Below, one piece after another: positions 1 through 8,970 of a DNA stretch of 64,000 nt. The notes beneath the pieces were generated by a model, which was given only the letters and a program-made list of their open reading frames with translations, was not told the origin of the DNA and made no database searches. Numbering within the stretch: the stretch's first letter is position 1; every line of letters starts with the position of its first letter. The position numbers and the translations under genes were made by a program. Origin of the DNA: Bacillota bacterium (lineage in GTDB: Bacteria > Bacillota > Sulfobacillia > JAIMAT01); assembly GCA_029961055.1 (NCBI GenBank), contig JASBVM010000005.1, forward strand, positions 65,487 through 129,486, written 5' to 3'.

Positions 1-309
1 CAGCCACGCGAAGGGATGGGAGCTGAAGAGCGGGGCGAGCCCCGCCAGCAGCCCCCCCAGGCCGAAAAGGCCCAGGGCGGGGACGATCACCGCCTTGCGG
101 CCGATCTGATCCGAGAAGTACCCTCCGAACGGGATGACCAGCCCGGCGGTGACGGAGAAGGCGGTGATCAGAAGGCCGGCCTGGAAGGCGCTCAGATGGG
201 CGCCGCGCTGGATCGACGGCAGGACCGGGATCAGGAGCGAGTTGGAGAGGACCATGCAGAAGGGGACCGAGACCAGCGCCAGGAGGGCGCCCACGGTAGG
301 AGAGCGCAC
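1..309 (-). CDS. MFS-type transporter, N-terminal part (gene runs off the window start)
   Basis: Reverse-strand translation from GTG at 309 gives VRSPTVGALLALVSVPFCMVLSNSLLIPVLPSIQRGAHLSAFQAGLLITAFSVTAGLVIPFGGYFSDQIGRKAV..., a hydrophobic MFS-like N-terminus with the GxxSDxxGRK motif. It is open-ended at position 1 and absent from the ORF track because it has no stop in the window. Confidence 0.5.
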   Translation of the reverse strand, partial: MRSPTVGALLALVSVPFCMVLSNSLLIPVLPSIQRGAHLSAFQAGLLITAFSVTAGLVIPFGGYFSDQIGRKAVIVPALGLFGLGGLLAGLAPLFSSHPFAWL

Positions 310-314
310 GCAGG

Positions 315-1166
315 ATGCCTCCGTTTCCGGGAAGAGTCGCGACGACGGTGGCTAGTCTCCCCGGAAGCCGTCGACCCGATGCCCGCGGGCGGGCGCGCGA
401 GCGCCGGCTGCTCTGGATCGGCATCGTGTCGGTGCTGGCGGCGATTCTCGCCTACGAGCTCCTGCAGTGGCCGGGGCTGCGCGTGCAGAGGGTCGAGGTG
501 ACAGGACTCCGCCAGCTGACCGCCGAGGAAGTCGTGCGGGAGGCGGGTCTCCGCTACCAGCTCCCGATCTGGCAGGTCCGCCCGGGCGAGATGGTCGCCC
601 GGCTCGAGCGCGATCCCCGGGTAGAGGGAGCGAACGTCCAGCTCCTCTGGCCGGACGGGCTGCGCATCGCCGTCGTCGAACGGCAGCCGGTGGCGGCCGT
701 CGCGGCCCAGGACGGGAGCAGCTGGTGGGTCGACCGCTACGGCGTCCCCTTCCTGAAGCGGCCCGACCACCCGGGCCTGCCGCTGATCCGGCTGGGACGA
801 CCGGCTGCGGTCCGCCCGGGGCGCCCGCTGGGTCCCGCCGCAGCCCGGCCGGTGGCGCTGGCCGCGCTCCTGGCTGGCGCCCGGCCGCCCCTCACGGCTG
901 TCGACGTCCATGCCGACGGCAGCCTCACCCTCTGGCTTCAGCCGGCCGCCCGGCCCGGCGCCGCCCCGGCGCGGCGGATCCCGGTCTGGGTGGGGCCGGA
1001 ACCGGCCGCACGAGAGGTGGCGGAGGAGCTGCTCGGGGTGCTGGCCGAGGGCGCGAAGAGGGGGCTGGAGCCACTCTACGTCGACCTGCGGGCACCGGGG
1101 CGGCCGGCCGTGGCCTGGCCGCCCCGGGAGCCCCCGGGCTCCTCCGGGGCCAGCGGCGGCGGGTAA
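315..1166 (+). CDS. ftsQ: Cell division protein FtsQ/DivIB (single TM helix plus POTRA domain)
   Basis: TM helix LLWIGIVSVLAAILAY followed by a POTRA-like region (VEVTGLRQLTAEEV...GANVQLLWPDGLRIAVVERQPVA). It sits immediately upstream of ftsZ. The true start may be an internal GTG near 345, because the divergent MFS gene starts at 309. Confidence 0.7.
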   Translation: MPPFPGRVATTVASLPGSRRPDARGRARERRLLWIGIVSVLAAILAYELLQWPGLRVQRVEVTGLRQLTAEEVVREAGLRYQLPIWQVRPGEMVARLERDPRVEGANVQLLWPDGLRIAVVERQPVAAVAAQDGSSWWVDRYGVPFLKRPDHPGLPLIRLGRPAAVRPGRPLGPAAARPVALAALLAGARPPLTAVDVHADGSLTLWLQPAARPGAAPARRIPVWVGPEPAAREVAEELLGVLAEGAKRGLEPLYVDLRAPGRPAVAWPPREPPGSSGASGGG

Positions 1167-1306
1167 AGCCGGGGCGAATCAGGTCGAATCAGGGAAGTGA
1201 AGCGGTGGCACGGCAGGGTTTGCAAAGGGGCTAGCGAAGGACAGGCAGAAGACCGGGGGCATGCCTGACTTCCTGGGGAACAGGTACCCGGGAGGAGCGG
1301 AAGAAA

Positions 1307-2368
1307 TTGTTAGAGCTAGAGCCTTCTGCATACAGTTATGCGGTCATCAAGGTGGTCGGTGTCGGCGGCGGCGGCAGCAACGCCGTCAATCGCATGATCC
1401 GGGCGAACCTGCACGGGGTCGACTTCATCGCCGTCAACACCGACGCGCAAGCGCTCGGGCTCTCGGATGCCACCGAAAAGATCCAGATCGGCCAGAAGCT
1501 GACCAAGGGGCTGGGGGCGGGCGCCAACCCCGAGGTGGGCAAGCGTGCGGCGGAGGAGTCGCGCGACCAGATCGCCGAGGTGCTCAAGGGGGCGGACATG
1601 GTCTTCATCACCGCCGGTATGGGCGGCGGGACGGGTACCGGTGCTTCGCCCGTGATCGCCTCCATCGCCAAGGAGCTGGGTGCGCTGACGGTGGGTGTGG
1701 TCACCCGGCCCTTCTCGTTCGAGGGAAAGCCGCGGGCCCAGGCGGCGGAGGCAGGCACGCGCGCGCTGCGCGATCAGGTGGACACCCTGATCGTCATCCC
1801 CAACGACCGGCTCTTGCAGGTGGTGGACAAGAAGACCTCCATGGTGGACGCCTTCCGGGTGGCCGACGACGTGCTGCGGCAGGGAGTGCAGGGGATCTCC
1901 GACCTGATCACGGTACCCGGCCTGATCAACCTGGATTTCGCGGACGTGCGCACCGTGATGACCGAGACCGGTTCGGCGCTGATGGGGATCGGCGTGGCCT
2001 CGGGCGAGAACCGGGCGGCGGAGGCGGCGCGGACGGCCATCTCCAGCCCGCTGCTGGAGACCTCCATCGAGGGCGCCCGGGGGGTGCTGCTCAACATCAC
2101 GGGCGACGCCAACCTGGCGCTCTTCGAGGTGAACGAGGCGGCCGCCATCATCCAGCAGGCGGTCGATCCCGAGGCCAACATCATCTTCGGCGCGGTGATC
2201 GACGAGTCGCTCCGGGACGAGATCCGGGTGACGGTGATCGCCACCGGCTTCGACGCCAGCCGGCCCAAGCCCGAGGCGCCGCTGGAGGAGCTGGAGATCA
2301 AGCCCTTCGCCCGTTCGGACGATCTGGACATCCCCGCCTTCCTGCGGCGGAGGGGCCAGGCGCGCTAG
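1307..2368 (+). CDS. ftsZ: Cell division GTPase FtsZ
   Basis: Contains the tubulin signature [18 protein letters not shown], plus NTDAQAL and [18 protein letters not shown] start preceded by RBS GGGAGGAG. Confidence 0.97.
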   Translation: MLELEPSAYSYAVIKVVGVGGGGSNAVNRMIRANLHGVDFIAVNTDAQALGLSDATEKIQIGQKLTKGLGAGANPEVGKRAAEESRDQIAEVLKGADMVFITAGMGGGTGTGASPVIASIAKELGALTVGVVTRPFSFEGKPRAQAAEAGTRALRDQVDTLIVIPNDRLLQVVDKKTSMVDAFRVADDVLRQGVQGISDLITVPGLINLDFADVRTVMTETGSALMGIGVASGENRAAEAARTAISSPLLETSIEGARGVLLNITGDANLALFEVNEAAAIIQQAVDPEANIIFGAVIDESLRDEIRVTVIATGFDASRPKPEAPLEELEIKPFARSDDLDIPAFLRRRGQAR

Positions 2369-2394
2369 GGAGCCGAAGGCGGCCTGCCGAGGGC

Positions 2395-2520
2395 GATCGA
2401 AGATGGGCAGGCGGCGGGGAGACTCCGGGGCCCCGGGGCGACAGCGGTCGCGCCGGGGCCTTCGCTATCCTGGGTCGGGCCCGGTGGCATCGGTGCGCGG
2501 GCGCCGGCATAGGGATCGAA
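2395..2520 (+). promoter_or_regulatory. Two GATCGAA (Spo0A-box-like, TGNCGAA) elements upstream of spoIIGA
   Basis: GATCGAA occurs at 2395-2401 and at 2514-2520 in the ftsZ-spoIIGA intergenic region. The Bacillus spoIIG promoter is Spo0A-activated through 0A boxes. Confidence 0.25.
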
Positions 2521-2536
2521 TGTTCCGGAGGGGCCC

Positions 2537-3391
2537 ATGGTCGTCTACCTGGACGTCTACTGGCTGGTCAACGCCGCCGTCGACGCCGTCCTCCTCCTGG
2601 TCTCCGGCCGGCTGGCGGGTCTCCGGCCGCGCGCCGGGCGGGTGCTGGCCGCCGCCGCCGTGGGCGCGACGCTGGCGACGGCAGGCGAGGTGCTCCCCCT
2701 GCTGAGCAAGCTGCGGCTGCCCTGGCTGGCGGTCGTCTCGCTGCTCATGCTGCCCGTCGCCCACGGGTGGCACGGACCGGCGGCGCTTGCGCGGCAGGCG
2801 GGCTACCTTTACGCCGCCGGCGCCGTCGTGGCGGGCGTGGCCCTGGCCCTTCCGGTCTCCCCCGCCGCGGGCGGCTGGAGCTGGCTGCTCCTGCTGGTCG
2901 CCCTGGCCGTCGGGGGCCTGGCCATGGAACGGCTCACCCGCAGCGGGCGCCGGCAGTGGGCGCTCCAGGCCTGGGACTGCCAGCTGCTGCTGAGCGAGGG
3001 TGAGCGCACCCTGGTCCTGGAGGCGCTGATCGACTCCGGCGACACCCTGGTGGAGCCGCTCAGCGGCCTGCCCGCCGCCCTGGTCTGGGCGGGCGCCCTG
3101 GAACCGCTCCTGGGCGAGGAGGGGCGCCATTTCTTCCTCTTCTGGCGGCAGGGCGTGGAACCGCCCCGATCCCTGGAGTCGGCGCTGCGCTGGGTCCCCT
3201 ATCAGGGACCGACCGAGAAGGGGCTTCTGCCGGCCTGGCGCCCGCAGCGAACGGAGATCCGGATGGGAGGGGAGCGGATCGAGGCGGAACTGGTGGTGGC
3301 GGTGGCGCCCGCACCACCGGCCCCGGGCCGCGGTGTGCTGGCGCTGGTGCCCGCGGCGGCGTTGGCGGCCGGGAGGAGGCTGATGCGGTGA
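2537..3391 (+). CDS. spoIIGA: Sporulation sigma-E factor-processing peptidase SpoIIGA
   Basis: Multi-TM N-terminus ([21 protein letters not shown]) and C-terminal aspartic protease region with [14 protein letters not shown]. It lies directly upstream of sigE with the stop/start overlap typical of spoIIGA-sigE. Confidence 0.85.
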   Translation: MVVYLDVYWLVNAAVDAVLLLVSGRLAGLRPRAGRVLAAAAVGATLATAGEVLPLLSKLRLPWLAVVSLLMLPVAHGWHGPAALARQAGYLYAAGAVVAGVALALPVSPAAGGWSWLLLLVALAVGGLAMERLTRSGRRQWALQAWDCQLLLSEGERTLVLEALIDSGDTLVEPLSGLPAALVWAGALEPLLGEEGRHFFLFWRQGVEPPRSLESALRWVPYQGPTEKGLLPAWRPQRTEIRMGGERIEAELVVAVAPAPPAPGRGVLALVPAAALAAGRRLMR

Positions 3392-4134
3392 GGCTCTGGC
3401 AACAGGCAACACTGGCATGGCGGTCATGGACGGCCCGCTGGGCGGTCCGATGGGCCCGCCTCTGGGGCGCCCTGGGCGGCGGCGAGGCGCTGGGCTACCT
3501 CAACGGGAGCGAGAGTCTGCCCCCGCCTCTCACCCGCGACGAGGAAGCGGAGCTGATCCGGCGCCTGGAGCGGGGCGACGACTCGGCGCGGACGCCGCTC
3601 ATCGAGCGGAACCTGCGCCTGGTCGTCTACATCGCGCGCAAGTTCGACAACACCGGGGTGGGCGTCGAGGACCTGGTCTCCATCGGCAGCATCGGATTGA
3701 TCAAAGCTGTTCGCAGCTTCGACCCGAGCAAGCGGATCAAGCTGGCGACGTACGCCTCCAAGTGCATCGAGAACGAGATCCTCATGTATCTGCGCCGGAA
3801 CGCGAAGACGCGGAGCGAGGTCTCCTTCGACCAGCCTCTCAACGTCGACTGGGACGGCAACGAGCTCCTGCTGGCGGACGTGCACGGCACCGATCAGGAC
3901 ATGATCTACCAGAGCGTCGAAGAAGAGGTGGACCGGGCCCTCCTCCGCCGCGCCCTCTCCCGGCTCAACGGGCGCGAGCGGAAGATCATCGAGCTCCGCT
4001 TCGGGCTGCGCGACGGTGTGGAGTACACGCAGAAACAGGTGGCCGACCTGCTGGGAATCTCGCAATCTTACATTTCGCGCCTGGAGAAGCGGATCATGCG
4101 GCGCCTGCGCAAGGAGATCCTGGCCATGGAGTAG
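3388..4134 (+). CDS. sigE: RNA polymerase sporulation sigma factor SigE (pro-sigma E)
   Basis: Pro-sequence followed by [21 protein letters not shown]...[15 protein letters not shown]...[37 protein letters not shown]...[13 protein letters not shown]. This matches B. subtilis SigE almost motif for motif. Confidence 0.9.
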   Translation: MRLWQQATLAWRSWTARWAVRWARLWGALGGGEALGYLNGSESLPPPLTRDEEAELIRRLERGDDSARTPLIERNLRLVVYIARKFDNTGVGVEDLVSIGSIGLIKAVRSFDPSKRIKLATYASKCIENEILMYLRRNAKTRSEVSFDQPLNVDWDGNELLLADVHGTDQDMIYQSVEEEVDRALLRRALSRLNGRERKIIELRFGLRDGVEYTQKQVADLLGISQSYISRLEKRIMRRLRKEILAME

Positions 4135-4168
4135 CGCCGCACCCAGCCGGGCTCGGGGCTCCCTGGGA

Positions 4169-4208
4169 GAAGCCGGCCTGCGGACCACGCGGGCCGGCTT
4201 CTTTTGTG
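4169..4208 (+). terminator. Rho-independent terminator after sigE
   Basis: GAAGCCGGCC-tgcggaccacgcgg-GCCGGCTTC followed by TTTTGTG. Confidence 0.5.
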
Positions 4209-4325
4209 CACGTATAAAACGCAAGAATCTCGTACAAGCTCCGGCTTGGATCGGGTGATCGATCGCCTCGACGCCGGGCGCTTCCTTCCGGTCGCGGGGG
4301 AAGCGCCCGCCTGGGGGGCCGGACC

Positions 4326-5096
4326 TTGGCGAACAAAGTGGAGATCTGTGGCGTCAACACTTCGGAACTGACGGTGCTCACCAACGAGCAGATGCGCCAG
4401 CTCTTCCAGCGCATGCAGCAGGGCGACCGGAAGGCTCGCTCCGAGCTGGTCCAGGGCAACCTGCGCCTCGTGCTGAGCGTCATCCAGCGGTTCAACAACC
4501 GGGGCGAGCCGGTGGACGACCTCTTCCAGGTCGGCTGCATCGGCCTGATGAAAGCTATCGACAACTTCGACCTCTCGCAGAATGTACGCTTCTCCACCTA
4601 TGCCGTTCCCATGATCATCGGCGAGATCCGGCGCTACCTGCGTGACAACAACACGATCCGGGTCAGCCGCTCCCTGCGGGACGTGGCGTACACCGCCATG
4701 CAGGTGCGTGACCGGCTCACCCACCAGAACGGGCGCGAGCCTTCCATCGACGAGATCGCCCGGGAACTGGGCGTGGCCGCCGACGAGGTGGCGCTGGCCC
4801 TGGAGGCGATCCAGGAGCCCATCTCGCTCTTCGAGCCCATCTACGACGACGGCGGCGACCCCATCTTCGTCATGGACCAGGTGAGCGACGAGAGCCAGTC
4901 GGATGCGCGCTGGCTGGAGAGCCTGGCCCTGCGCGAGGCGATGGAGAAGCTGGGCCGCCGCGAGCGGCAGATCCTCAACCTCCGTTTCTTCGCCGGCAAG
5001 ACCCAGATGGAGGTGGCCGAGGAGATCGGCATCTCCCAGGCCCAGGTCTCCCGCCTGGAGAAGGCGGCGCTCCTCCAGATGCGGCGCCACCTCTGA
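4326..5096 (+). CDS. sigG: RNA polymerase sporulation sigma factor SigG (SigF/SigG family; position after sigE implies sigG)
   Basis: NLRLVLSVIQRFNNRGEPVDDLFQVGCIGLMKAIDNFD...STYAVPMIIGEIRRYLRDNN...ISQAQVSRLEKAAL, with the Bacillus gene order spoIIGA-sigE-sigG. Confidence 0.85.
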   Translation: MANKVEICGVNTSELTVLTNEQMRQLFQRMQQGDRKARSELVQGNLRLVLSVIQRFNNRGEPVDDLFQVGCIGLMKAIDNFDLSQNVRFSTYAVPMIIGEIRRYLRDNNTIRVSRSLRDVAYTAMQVRDRLTHQNGREPSIDEIARELGVAADEVALALEAIQEPISLFEPIYDDGGDPIFVMDQVSDESQSDARWLESLALREAMEKLGRRERQILNLRFFAGKTQMEVAEEIGISQAQVSRLEKAALLQMRRHL

Positions 5097-5139
5097 CGGC
5101 GGCCCCATCATCCCTCGAGAAGGCGGTGTGGACGGAACC

Positions 5140-6024
5140 ATGAGCCGTGCGCGCACTCTCTGGCGACAGGTCGACGGGCGGCCGAGCGGCCGGCCGCCGG
5201 CGCGGCAGCTCCTGCCGGCCCTGGCGCTGCTGGTGGCGACGGGCCTCCTCCTGGGGGGCCCGCTGCGCGGCGCCGCGGCCGGCAGCGCGCTGGTGGCCTC
5301 GCGGGGCGGTCCCGAAGGGCTCGTCCAGCTTCACTTCCTGGCGGCCAGCGACCGCCCGGCGGACCAGCGCGACAAGGAGCGGGTGGTGCGCGCCCTCCTC
5401 CCGGTGATCGTCCGCGACCTGTCGCATCCCTCGCTGCCCGCGGGGCCGGGGGAGGCGGAGAGGGTGCTCGAGCGCGCCCGCCAGCGGCGCACCGCCTGGG
5501 CCGCGCTGGCGGAGAGGGTGCTCCGGCGGGCGGGGTCGGGACAGCGGGTGGAGGTGGCGGTGGGCTACTTCCGCTACCCGGCCAAGCGGACCGGCTCGCT
5601 CTGGCTGCCCGCCGCGGTCTATCCGGCGGTGGAGGTCCGCCTGGGCCCCGCCCGGGGCCACAACTGGTGGTGCCTGCTCTTTCCCCAGCTCTGCCTTCCC
5701 CTGGCCAGCGGCCAGGTCCGGCAGCCGGTCCCGGGCCACGCCGGCCGGGGCGAGGGGAAGGACACCCGGCCGGCGGCGCCGCCCTCCACCGCCACGGAAG
5801 CGGCCTTCGCGCCCGCCGATCCCTGGCCTGGAGCGGCCGATCCCGCCGGCTCCGGAGAGGTCCTGACCGAGTACGCCTTCCGCCTCGACGAGGGCACCCC
5901 CCGCCTCAGCCGCCAGGACTCGGCACCCCGCTTCCGGCTGGCGCTCCTGGACTGGTTCCATGCGCTGGAACCCCGGGTGGCCTCCGGCTTCGAAAGGGCG
6001 CGCCTCCTCCTCGCGGAGCCGTGA
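5140..6024 (+). CDS. spoIIR: Stage II sporulation protein R (SpoIIR), signal for pro-sigma-E processing
   Basis: Signal/TM segment LLPALALLVATGLLLGG, then LVQLHFLAASDRPADQRDKERVVRALL (compare SpoIIR IRLHVLANSDS-EDQ-LK-VRD) and NWWCLLFPQLC (SpoIIR NWWCVxFPPLC). ATG at 5140 inside the longer track ORF. Confidence 0.75.
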   Translation: MSRARTLWRQVDGRPSGRPPARQLLPALALLVATGLLLGGPLRGAAAGSALVASRGGPEGLVQLHFLAASDRPADQRDKERVVRALLPVIVRDLSHPSLPAGPGEAERVLERARQRRTAWAALAERVLRRAGSGQRVEVAVGYFRYPAKRTGSLWLPAAVYPAVEVRLGPARGHNWWCLLFPQLCLPLASGQVRQPVPGHAGRGEGKDTRPAAPPSTATEAAFAPADPWPGAADPAGSGEVLTEYAFRLDEGTPRLSRQDSAPRFRLALLDWFHALEPRVASGFERARLLLAEP

Positions 6025-6111
6025 CCGGCCGCTCCGCGCCTCCGCACGCACCTCGCGGGCGAGGTTCGAGAGGGCCGAGCTCCCGCATAGGGTTCACCGG
6101 GAGGGTGACCT

Positions 6112-6453
6112 GTGCGCCTGCGTACCTCGGACATGCGGGAGCGGGACGTCATCGACGTCCTGACCGGGCGGCGTCTCGGCAACATCGAAGACCTGGACAT
6201 CGACGTGGAGGCAGGGCGCGTCCGAGCGCTCATCCTGCCGGGCGAGCGGCGACTCCTCGGCCTCTTCGGCGGCGGGAAGGAGATCCGCATCCCCTGGACG
6301 GCGGTCCAGGTGATCGGCGAGGACGTCATCCTGGTCCGCAGCGAGCAGCTGGCGGCGGGCGAGGGAAGGAAGGAGGGGCCCTGGGCCGGCGCCGAAGAGG
6401 AGACGCGTCCGGGAGGTGAACCCCATGGGCGTGGAGGCTTTCCCCATTCCTGA
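6112..6453 (+). CDS. ylmC: PRC-barrel sporulation/cell-division protein YlmC/YmxH family
   Basis: DVIDVLTGRRLGNIEDLDIDVEAGRVRALILPG...EIRIPWTAVQVIGEDVILV matches the YlmC/YmxH PRC-barrel family. The likely start is ATG 6133 (MRERDVIDV...). Confidence 0.7.
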   Translation: MRLRTSDMRERDVIDVLTGRRLGNIEDLDIDVEAGRVRALILPGERRLLGLFGGGKEIRIPWTAVQVIGEDVILVRSEQLAAGEGRKEGPWAGAEEETRPGGEPHGRGGFPHS

Positions 6454-7312
6454 GCGGTCCCTCCCTCCCCTCCCGCGGGGGTTCGAATGGCAGGCGGGCG
6501 GAGGAGGGGTGCTCCTGCTGCGCGCCAGCGCCTTGGAGGCGGAGGGGGCGACGGCCGCCTTCTCCACCCGGTTGGGCGGGGTGAGCGGCGGGCCGTACGC
6601 CTCGCTCAACCTGGGCCGGTCCAGCGGCGACCGCCCGGAAGCGGTGGAGGAGAACCGGCGACGCTGGCTGGCCGCGCTGGGCGGAGGCTGGCGTCCCTCC
6701 TGGCTCTGGCAGGTCCACGGCCGGCGCGTGGTGGAGGCGGCGGAGACGGACGGCGCGGCCGCCGGGCTTCCGCAGGCGGACGCTCAGTGGAGCGGCCGGA
6801 GAGGACTCCTCCTCTCCATCCAGGTGGCCGACTGCGTCCCCGTCCTGGTGGCCATGCCCTCGGCCGCGGGTCTCCTGGTGGGCGCAGCCCACGCCGGCTG
6901 GAGGGGGACGGCCGCCCGGGTGGCGACCGCCCTGGTGGCGAGGCTGCGCGAGGCAGGCGGGCTGCCGGAGGAAGGACTCGCCGCCATCGGCCCCTCCATC
7001 GGTCCCTGCTGCTACGAGGTGGGGGAGGAGGTCTTCGACGCCCTCGAGGCAGCCTACCCGGGGGCGCCGCTCCGCGTCCCGGCGGCGGGACGGGACCACG
7101 CCGACCTGTGGGAGGCCAACCGCCGCGCCCTGGTCGAGGCGGGTCTGCGCGAGGAAGCGGTCCACGTGGCGGGCCTCTGCACACGCTGCCACCCGGAGCT
7201 CTTCTATTCCTACCGGGGCGAGGGGAGGACCGGGCGGATGGTGGCGGCCATCGGCCTCCGCCCAGGAGGCGGGGGAGACGGGGGGAAGGGGGCGGAGTCA
7301 CGCGGTTCTTAG
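6416..7312 (+). CDS. pgeF: Purine nucleoside phosphorylase / polyphenol-oxidase-like YfiH/PgeF (YlmD)
   Basis: TRLGGVSGGPYASLNLGRSSGDRPEAVEENRRRW...QVADCVPVLV...HAGWRGT is typical of the YfiH/YlmD (DUF152) family. Confidence 0.8.
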   Translation: MNPMGVEAFPIPERSLPPLPRGFEWQAGGGGVLLLRASALEAEGATAAFSTRLGGVSGGPYASLNLGRSSGDRPEAVEENRRRWLAALGGGWRPSWLWQVHGRRVVEAAETDGAAAGLPQADAQWSGRRGLLLSIQVADCVPVLVAMPSAAGLLVGAAHAGWRGTAARVATALVARLREAGGLPEEGLAAIGPSIGPCCYEVGEEVFDALEAAYPGAPLRVPAAGRDHADLWEANRRALVEAGLREEAVHVAGLCTRCHPELFYSYRGEGRTGRMVAAIGLRPGGGGDGGKGAESRGS

Positions 7313-7332
7313 CAGGCGACCGCCCACGGGTC

Positions 7333-7338
7333 TAGAAT
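7333..7338 (+). promoter_or_regulatory. TAGAAT -10-like element upstream of sepF
   Basis: The string cTAGAATa lies 60 nt upstream of the likely sepF ATG (7402). The same cTAGAATa string recurs upstream of lspA. Confidence 0.25.
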
Positions 7339-7344
7339 ACGCTG

Positions 7345-7869
7345 GTGAGCTCGGCCGAGCCGGCGCAAGGCGGTGGTGAGCGGCCGGCGGAGGTGAGGCG
7401 CATGGCCTGGTGGGCGCGCATCCTCGACTTCATGGGCTTCGAGGTGGGCGAGGAGGCGGCTGCCGAGGAGGAGACGACGCTCGCCGCCGGTGCCAGGGTA
7501 CCGGAGACGAGGCCCGAGCCGCGGCGCGTCGCGGTGGACGGTCGGACCGCGGCCAAGCGGGGTGGAAGGCAGGGAGCGCTGGTGACCCTTCCTCTGAGCG
7601 AGTCGCGCCTTTCGCGCCTGGGTGTCTTCCGGCCCAAGGTCTTCGACGACGTGCAGTCGATCGCCGACGAGCTGAAGAGCGGGCGGGCGTGCGTGGTCAA
7701 CCTGGAGGCGAGCGATCCGGACGCTTCGCGGCGGATCCTCAACTTCCTCAGCGGTATCGTCTACGCGGTGGAAGGCGAGATCTTTCGCATCGGTCCCACG
7801 GTCTTCCTGGTCACCCCCGCCAGCGTGGAAGTGGTGGGGCAGGCCGAACCTTGGGTGCCGGAGCGGTAG
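7345..7869 (+). CDS. sepF: Cell division protein SepF
   Basis: MAWWARILDFMGF...LGVFRPKVFDDVQSIADELKSGRACVVNLEASDPDASRRILNFLSGIVYAVEGEIFRIGPTVFLV is canonical SepF. The probable start is ATG 7402 with RBS GGAGGTGA. Confidence 0.85.
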   Translation: MSSAEPAQGGGERPAEVRRMAWWARILDFMGFEVGEEAAAEEETTLAAGARVPETRPEPRRVAVDGRTAAKRGGRQGALVTLPLSESRLSRLGVFRPKVFDDVQSIADELKSGRACVVNLEASDPDASRRILNFLSGIVYAVEGEIFRIGPTVFLVTPASVEVVGQAEPWVPER

Positions 7870-7912
7870 GGCGCGCGCCGGGCTCGCTTGACCGGCGCCG
7901 CCCGGGAGAGGG

Positions 7913-8221
7913 GTGGCTGCGGTTCTTCTGGTCCTGGAGGTCCTGAACCGGACCGTCAACCTGTTCATCACCGTGCTCTGGGTGCTCATCCTGGTGAGAG
8001 CGCTCCTGAGCTGGTTCGAGCCGCCGGGCTATCGCTCGTGGTTCTACCAGCTGCAGCGCATCGTCTACCTGCTGACGGAGCCGGTCCTGGCGCCGGTGCG
8101 GAGCTGGATGCGGCCCGTGGGCATCTTCGACCTGTCGCCGCTGGTCGTCCTCTTCGCTCTCTTCCTGGTCCAGCAGGTGGTCTGGCCGGCGCTGATGGGT
8201 GTGCTCCTGCGCATTTTCTAA
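7913..8221 (+). CDS. YggT/YlmG family membrane protein
   Basis: 102-aa two-TM protein (NLFITVLWVLILVRALLSWF...DLSPLVVLFALFLVQQVV) at the YlmG position between sepF and divIVA. Confidence 0.75.
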   Translation: MAAVLLVLEVLNRTVNLFITVLWVLILVRALLSWFEPPGYRSWFYQLQRIVYLLTEPVLAPVRSWMRPVGIFDLSPLVVLFALFLVQQVVWPALMGVLLRIF

Positions 8222-8293
8222 AGATGGACGGTGGGGGCGACCGGCCTAAGCCGAGCCGGGGGCCGGGCCGATAGGAGGAGGGGGTGACCGGAG

Positions 8294-8848
8294 ATGCCAC
8301 TCACTCCGCTCGATATCCACAACAAGGAGTTCGACCGCGCCTTCCGCGGCTACAACATCGACCAGGTGGACGAGTTCCTGGACGAGATCAACCGGGACTA
8401 CGAGGCGGCTCTCCGCGAGGCGACCATGCTGCGGGAGCAGGTGGCCCGCCTCAACGGCCGGATCAAGCAGTACGAGGAGATCGAGGAGACGCTCCGGAAC
8501 ACGCTGGTGATGGCGCAGAAGACGACGGAGGAGATGCGGGAGAGCGCGCGCCGCGAGGCCGAGAACATCATCCGCGAGGCGGAGCAGGAGGCGCGCGAGC
8601 GCATCCGCAAGGCGGACGAGGAGGTGGCCAGGCGGCGCCGGCAGCTGGAGGAGCTGGATCACGAGGTGGAGGCCTTCCGCGCCCGGGTGCGGAGTCTCCT
8701 GGAGAGCCAGCTGGCCATCGTCAACAGCCAGTGGGGCCACCCGGGTCAGCGGGGTGAGCCGTGGACCGTGACCGGTGAGGAGCCGGCCCGAAGCGAGGCC
8801 GCAGCCACCTCGCCGGTTGTTGACAAGCGAGAGAGCGGCTCACTATAG
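8294..8848 (+). CDS. divIVA: Cell division/polarity protein DivIVA
   Basis: MPLTPLDIHNKEFDRAFRGYNIDQVDEFLDEINRDYEAAL followed by a long coiled coil. Confidence 0.85.
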   Translation: MPLTPLDIHNKEFDRAFRGYNIDQVDEFLDEINRDYEAALREATMLREQVARLNGRIKQYEEIEETLRNTLVMAQKTTEEMRESARREAENIIREAEQEARERIRKADEEVARRRRQLEELDHEVEAFRARVRSLLESQLAIVNSQWGHPGQRGEPWTVTGEEPARSEAAATSPVVDKRESGSL

Positions 8849-8849
8849 T
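8820..8849 (+). promoter_or_regulatory. Consensus sigma-A-type promoter (TTGACA-N18-TATAGT) overlapping the divIVA stop, driving ileS
   Basis: TTGACA at 8820-8825, an 18-nt spacer, then TATAGT at 8844-8849. Confidence 0.4.
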
Positions 8850-8938
8850 GACGCCAACCTGGAAACCGCCGCGAGGCGGGAGGGGCGGCGTCGCTGATCC
8901 GGCGGCCGGGCGGCGGAGATCGGCCGCTCGGCTGGCGG

Positions 8939-8970
8939 TGCGCCCCGCGTCGGCGGGGCGGCTTTTTTGT
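8939..8970 (+). terminator. Intrinsic terminator/attenuator in the ileS leader
   Basis: GCGCCCCGC-gtcg-GCGGGGCG followed by GCTTTTTTGT, about 25 nt upstream of the ileS start. It is consistent with leader attenuation (Bacillus ileS is T-box controlled). Confidence 0.5.

Noticed and set aside
1261-3003. 580-aa + strand ORF overlapping ftsZ and spoIIGA in another frame
   Set aside because: It is the alternate frame of a high-GC sequence, extremely Arg/Gly-rich. The genuine ftsZ and spoIIGA frames carry unmistakable motifs.
3417-4217. 266-aa + ORF overlapping sigE in another frame
   Set aside because: Alternate-frame artefact; the sigE frame matches B. subtilis SigE along its whole length.
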